Assembly: GCA_963826115.1 (NCBI GenBank)
Contig: CAWGVS010000005.1
Coordinates: 1,728,001-1,792,000 of the forward strand
From: an uncultured Candidatus Rokubacteria bacterium
GTDB lineage: Bacteria > Methylomirabilota > Methylomirabilia > Rokubacteriales > DASRDR01
Direction: 5' to 3'
DNA: 64,000 nt
Under the pieces are notes generated by a model. That model searched no databases, was not told the DNA's origin, and was given only the letters and a program-made list of their open reading frames with translations. The number at the start of each line of letters is the position of its first letter. The first letter of the stretch is position 1. Positions 59,851 to 64,000 of this stretch are shown piece after piece. Both the position numbers and the translations under genes were made by a program.

Positions 59851-61362
59851 CTAGAGCCCGAAGAACCGCCGCATGCGGCTGAGCAGCTGGGTGGCCCGGT
59901 CCACTCCCGGACCCTCGTCGTCGACCACCACCGCGCGGTTGATCGCATGGTCGCGCTCCGCCTGCCGGCGCGCCAGCGTCTTCGAAAGGCGCTCGGGCAC
60001 CGTCGGGTCCGCGACCAGGAGAGGCCGCAGGGCCTCCTTGTGCAGGATCACGAGCCGGGTCTCCTCGACGGCGCGGATCGTCGCCGAGCGCGGTGCGCCC
60101 GTCAGGAGCGACATCTCGCCGAAGTAGTCCCCCGGCCCGAGCGTCGCCAGCGTCTGCTGGACGCCGCCGCCCGGCGCGCGCACCAGCACGTCCACTCGGC
60201 CCGATTCCACCAGGAACAGGCTGTCGCCCTCGTCGCCCTGGCGCACCACGGCCCCTCCCACGGGGTACGGCACGACACGGGACTCCGACGCCAGCCTCTC
60301 GAGCTGCTCGGACGTGAGCGCCTCCAGGAACTCGACCCCCGCCAGGAGCCTGGCGACTCGCGTCACCTCGACCGCCCGCGTCTCACCGGCCACCTTGACC
60401 GCGTCCCGCCAGTACACGTCGGCGGACGGGAACGGCAGCTCGATGCCGTGGAAGCGGAAGGCGTACCAGCAGCGGGACAGCACCTCGCCCTGGATGTCGT
60501 GGATCCGCGGGTAGTCGTCCAGGTAGTAGACGACCTGGTAGACGATGCACGAGCTCTCGAACCGTGCGACGCGGGCCTTGGGCGGCGGCTCGCGCAGGAC
60601 CCCCTCCACGTCGAGCGCGGCCCCGACCAGCACGTCCCGCACCCGCCCCGGCGGCTCCGCGTAGGGCGCGCTGACCTCCACCGCGTGGCCGTGGATCGGG
60701 TGCGGCTGGCTCATGTTCACGATCTCGGACTTGGCCACGACGCTGTTCGGCACGACCAGGAAGTCTTCCTGCCGGATCAGCTTCAACCGCACCGCCCGCC
60801 AGCTCACCTCCTGGACGCGGCCGATCAGGTTGTTCATCTGGATCCAGTCGCCGGGCTCGAACGGCCGCTCGAGCATCAGCGCGAGCCCGGCGAAGAGGTT
60901 CGACAGCGTCTCCTGGAGCGCGAGCCCGATGACGATCGAGAGAGCCGCCGACGTGGCGACCAAGGCCGCCACGTCCACGCCGAAGCTCGCGCGCAGGAGC
61001 ACCACCAGGATGAGGCCGCCGACCGCCGCCGCGACGACGTCCCGGACGATGGCCGGCGCGGGACGGGCTGCGCGGCGCCCGGGAAGCAGGTCGACGATCA
61101 TGACCTCGACAACCTTGAAGGCGCCGTAGGCCAGGGAGAACAGCACGAGGAAGCGGAGATACGGGTCGAGGAGGGGCGCCTCGGCCGGCGTCAGGGCCCG
61201 GAACAGCGCCACGCTCCCGGTGAACGCGATGAGGGACAGCGCGAACGAGAGCCGGCGGAGGTTTGCGCGCCGGCAGAGGATCCGCACGACGGCGACGGCC
61301 GTGACCAGCGCCAGGAGCGCCGGGACGCCCCCCCGGATGAGATCGATCACCGATGCCTGCAT
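59851..61362 (-). CDS. MscS-family channel with C-terminal cyclic-nucleotide-binding domain
   Basis: GLALQETLSNLFAG, PFEPGDWI, VPNS, GIELPFP; then RQGDEGDSLF, FGEMSLLTGAPRSAT. Confidence 0.92.
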   Translation of the reverse strand: MQASVIDLIRGGVPALLALVTAVAVVRILCRRANLRRLSFALSLIAFTGSVALFRALTPAEAPLLDPYLRFLVLFSLAYGAFKVVEVMIVDLLPGRRAARPAPAIVRDVVAAAVGGLILVVLLRASFGVDVAALVATSAALSIVIGLALQETLSNLFAGLALMLERPFEPGDWIQMNNLIGRVQEVSWRAVRLKLIRQEDFLVVPNSVVAKSEIVNMSQPHPIHGHAVEVSAPYAEPPGRVRDVLVGAALDVEGVLREPPPKARVARFESSCIVYQVVYYLDDYPRIHDIQGEVLSRCWYAFRFHGIELPFPSADVYWRDAVKVAGETRAVEVTRVARLLAGVEFLEALTSEQLERLASESRVVPYPVGGAVVRQGDEGDSLFLVESGRVDVLVRAPGGGVQQTLATLGPGDYFGEMSLLTGAPRSATIRAVEETRLVILHKEALRPLLVADPTVPERLSKTLARRQAERDHAINRAVVVDDEGPGVDRATQLLSRMRRFFGL

Positions 61363-61421
61363 GCCGCCTCTCGGGGCGTCGGACAGAAGCCCAGACCCAA
61401 ACCGCCTCCCCGCATCGCCCG

Positions 61422-61450
61422 ATGGTACGACAAAACGCAAGGCACGACAA
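61422..61450 (-). promoter_or_regulatory. Candidate promoter for the channel-cyclase operon, overlapped by a TTTGTCGT direct repeat
   Basis: Minus strand TTGTCG-N17-TACCAT; ACGACAAA at 61427-61434 and 61444-61451. Confidence 0.45.
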
Positions 61451-61586
61451 ATCGCGGGGTTGAAGCCCGCCAGCCGACCTCGCCACGCTCCGCCGCGGTC
61501 GCTTGCGGAACCCCCCCCGGGGGTGCTTGAGTAGGTGCCGACCGAGCACGCGAGCACCGGCGGCGACGCCGGGGAGAGGCGGCAGA

Positions 61587-62795
61587 GTGGACTTCGAGTA
61601 CTCGAAGCGGACGCGGGAGCACCTCGAGCAGCTCACCGACTTCATGACGCGCCACGTCTACCCGAGCGAGCAGACCTTCCTCGACCAGCTCGACGCCGGC
61701 CCGACCCGCTGGCAGGTGCCGCCGATCGTCGAGGAGCTCAAGGCCAGGGCGCGCGAGCGCGGGCTCTGGAACCTCTTCCTGCCCGAGAGCGAGCATGGGT
61801 CGGGGCTGACCAACCTCGAGTACGCGCCGCTCTGCGAGGTGATGGGGCGCTCCCCGATCGCGTCCGAGGTGTTCAACTGCTCGGCGCCGGACACCGGCAA
61901 CATGGAGGTCCTGGTCCGCTACGGCTCGCCGGCCCACAAGCGCGAGTGGCTCGCGCCGCTCCTCGACGGCAAGATCCGCTCGGCGTTCGCGATGACCGAG
62001 CCGGCCGTGGCGTCGTCGGACGCGACGAACATCGAGGCGAGCATCGTCCGCGACGGTGACGACTACGTCATCAACGGGCGCAAGTGGTGGACCTCGGGGA
62101 TCGGCGACCCCCGCTGCAAGCTGATCATCTTCATGGGAAAGACCGATCCGTCCAATCCCGACCGCTACAAGCAGCAGTCGATGATCCTGGTGCCCCGCGA
62201 CGCCCCGGGCGTCCGCGTGGTGCGCATGCTCACCGTTTACGGCTACGACGACGCCCCGCACGGGCACGGCGAGGTCGTCTTCGACAACGTGCGGGTCCCC
62301 GCGACCAACCTGCTGCTCGGCGAGGGCCGGGGCTTCGAGATCGCGCAGGGACGGCTCGGCCCGGGGCGGATCCACCACTGCATGCGACAGATCGGCGTCG
62401 CCGAGCGCGCGCTCGAGCTGATGTGCCGCCGCGCCCAGGAGCGCGTCGCCTTCGGCAAGCGCCTGGCGGAGAACGACGTCAGCCTCGAGCGGATCGCCCA
62501 GTCGCGGATCGAGATCGACCAGGCTCGCCTCCTCGTGCTCCACGCCGCGTGGGCCATGGACACCGTCGGCAACAAGGCGGCCAAGCAAGCGATCGCGGCC
62601 ATCAAGGTCGCGGTGCCCAACACGACCCTCCGCGTGCTGGACCGGGCGATCCAGCTCCACGGCGGCGGCGGCGTGAGCCAGGCGTTCCCTCTCGCCTACT
62701 GGTGGGCGCACTCGCGGACGCTGCGCTTCGCCGACGGCCCGGACGAGGTGCACCGGCGCCAGATCGGGCGCCTCGAGCTCCGCAAGCACGCCTGA
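61587..62795 (+). CDS. Acyl-CoA dehydrogenase (FadE2/ACAD10-11-like)
   Basis: [55 protein letters not shown]. Confidence 0.94.
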   Translation: MDFEYSKRTREHLEQLTDFMTRHVYPSEQTFLDQLDAGPTRWQVPPIVEELKARARERGLWNLFLPESEHGSGLTNLEYAPLCEVMGRSPIASEVFNCSAPDTGNMEVLVRYGSPAHKREWLAPLLDGKIRSAFAMTEPAVASSDATNIEASIVRDGDDYVINGRKWWTSGIGDPRCKLIIFMGKTDPSNPDRYKQQSMILVPRDAPGVRVVRMLTVYGYDDAPHGHGEVVFDNVRVPATNLLLGEGRGFEIAQGRLGPGRIHHCMRQIGVAERALELMCRRAQERVAFGKRLAENDVSLERIAQSRIEIDQARLLVLHAAWAMDTVGNKAAKQAIAAIKVAVPNTTLRVLDRAIQLHGGGGVSQAFPLAYWWAHSRTLRFADGPDEVHRRQIGRLELRKHA

Positions 62796-62823
62796 GGCGC
62801 AGCCGGGCAGGCCGGGATCCTCC

Positions 62824-63780
62824 CTAGGGGGCGCGGTCGTCCGCCCAGTAGTCGTAGAAGTTGAACCACTGGTACGGCGCCATCAGGCAGTAGCGCTCCA
62901 GCCGCCGCGCGAAATCGCCGGCCAGCGCGTCCAGGTCCTCCGGACCCGACACGGCGACCCGATCGGCGAACCGCTCCGCGTAGACCCGGTAGCGCGCCGG
63001 GCCCGTCCGCAGCGCCAGCATGAGGACCATGGGGCACTTGAGCAGGCTCCCCAGCAAGAACGGGCCGTGGGGCAACGTCGTCGGATCCCCGAGAAAGTCG
63101 ACCCGGCCGGTCCGCTTCTCGTCGCCGATGCCGACCCGGTCCGCGAGGAGCGCCACGAACTCGCCGCGGTCGATGCACGCCTTGATGGAGAAGACCGAGT
63201 TGATCGACGCGGGATCGAGCTCGATCACCCGGAGGGCCGCGCCGCGGTCGAGGGTCTGGAAGATGGAGTTGATCTTCCGCGCGTGCTCGATGAACATCAC
63301 GACGTTCACGACGACCCCGGCGCGCCGGGCCAGGACGCGGAGCGCGTCGAAGCTGCCGAGGTGCGCCCCGAGGATGATGGCGCCGCGCCCGTCGGCGCCC
63401 GCCCGCGTGTACTCGGCCTCGTCGGGAAACTCGATGGCGAAGTCGTCGTCCTGGCCCAGCCAGAAGCCGACCCGGTCGAGGATGTTCAGCCCGCACTCGT
63501 GGTAGTGGCGGAAGGAGTGCCGCCACGTCGGCCGGCTCCCGAGCGCAGTCCGGCCGCCCGGCCGCGCGTACAGGCGGCGGAGGTACCGCAGCGAGGCGCG
63601 CCGCCCCCGACCGTCGGTGAGGAAGAAGTAGAGGACGACGGGCAGGATGACCAGCTGGCAGATGCGGCGTCCGAGCCACCGGTAGCACCAGACGACGAAG
63701 CGCATGCCCAGGATCGAGCCGCGTTCCCGGACGGAGAGCCATCCCCCGGTGCCGGACGCGGCCGCGGTCGTGGTCGCCAC
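62824..63780 (-). CDS. LpxL-like acyltransferase of the type found in aryl-polyene/xanthomonadin clusters
   Basis: W...ERGS..GMR, HLGSFD (HxxxxD/E), LADR, FLG...P.GPF, PYQWFNFYDYW. Confidence 0.8.
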   Translation of the reverse strand: MATTTAAASGTGGWLSVRERGSILGMRFVVWCYRWLGRRICQLVILPVVLYFFLTDGRGRRASLRYLRRLYARPGGRTALGSRPTWRHSFRHYHECGLNILDRVGFWLGQDDDFAIEFPDEAEYTRAGADGRGAIILGAHLGSFDALRVLARRAGVVVNVVMFIEHARKINSIFQTLDRGAALRVIELDPASINSVFSIKACIDRGEFVALLADRVGIGDEKRTGRVDFLGDPTTLPHGPFLLGSLLKCPMVLMLALRTGPARYRVYAERFADRVAVSGPEDLDALAGDFARRLERYCLMAPYQWFNFYDYWADDRAP

Positions 63781-63781
63781 G

Positions 63782-64000
63782 CTAGCCGAGGGCGCGCCGG
63801 GCCCGCGCCAGCACGAGGCGGACGTACGCGCGCGTGATCAGGGCGTTGTCGCGCACCATCCGGAAGTTCGACAGCCCGCCGGCAAAGTACCGGACCCGGG
63901 TCGGGATGTTGACGATCGGGACGCCGTCCCAGGCCAGGCGCACCACGATCTCGGGATCGAACTCCATCCGGTCGCCCAGGCCGCCGGCGTCCAGGACGGG
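63782..64000 (-). CDS. GT2 glycosyltransferase, C-terminal part (runs off the window)
   Basis: RMEFDPEIVVRLAW.G, PTRVRY..GLSNFRMVRDN. Confidence 0.78.
   Translation of the reverse strand, partial: PVLDAGGLGDRMEFDPEIVVRLAWDGVPIVNIPTRVRYFAGGLSNFRMVRDNALITRAYVRLVLARARRALG

Noticed and set aside
61363-61586. Possible riboswitch or ncRNA in the divergent intergenic region
   Set aside because: No recognisable aptamer consensus; only a promoter-like element, a short direct repeat and a C8/G5 run. An Rfam/Infernal scan would settle it.

Overview
Very GC-rich bacterial chromosomal segment. The gene repertoire and poly-GAF kinase style suggest an uncultured soil lineage such as Ca. Rokubacteria/Methylomirabilota (inference). 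About 58 CDSs were found, with no rRNA, tRNA, CRISPR array or mobile element recognised. Main blocks, left to right: (1) the tail of a BNR/Vps10-type protein and a Dpp/Opp ABC operon; (2) a ten-GAF histidine kinase split by three frameshifts, followed by a receiver and a receiver-cyclase; (3) a trehalose/alpha-glucan supercluster (sugar ABC, otsB, glgE, treS, glgM-like, maltokinase fused to an OrfY/DUF5752 domain, two apparently catalytically degenerate glycosyltransferases, MscS/CmpX-like membrane protein); (4) a YdbH-like bridge protein with two paralogous YdbL/DUF1318 lipoproteins; (5) assorted metabolic genes; (6) an operon joining a cNMP-binding MscS channel, a HAMP adenylate cyclase, a LysM polysaccharide deacetylase lipoprotein and a LysM-TPR lipoprotein, convergent with an HD-GYP gene; (7) the edge of a probable aryl-polyene-like cluster. 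At least six 1-2 nt indels break otherwise intact genes and are most simply read as long-read assembly errors. Many genes look leaderless. All family assignments come from motif recognition, not database searches.
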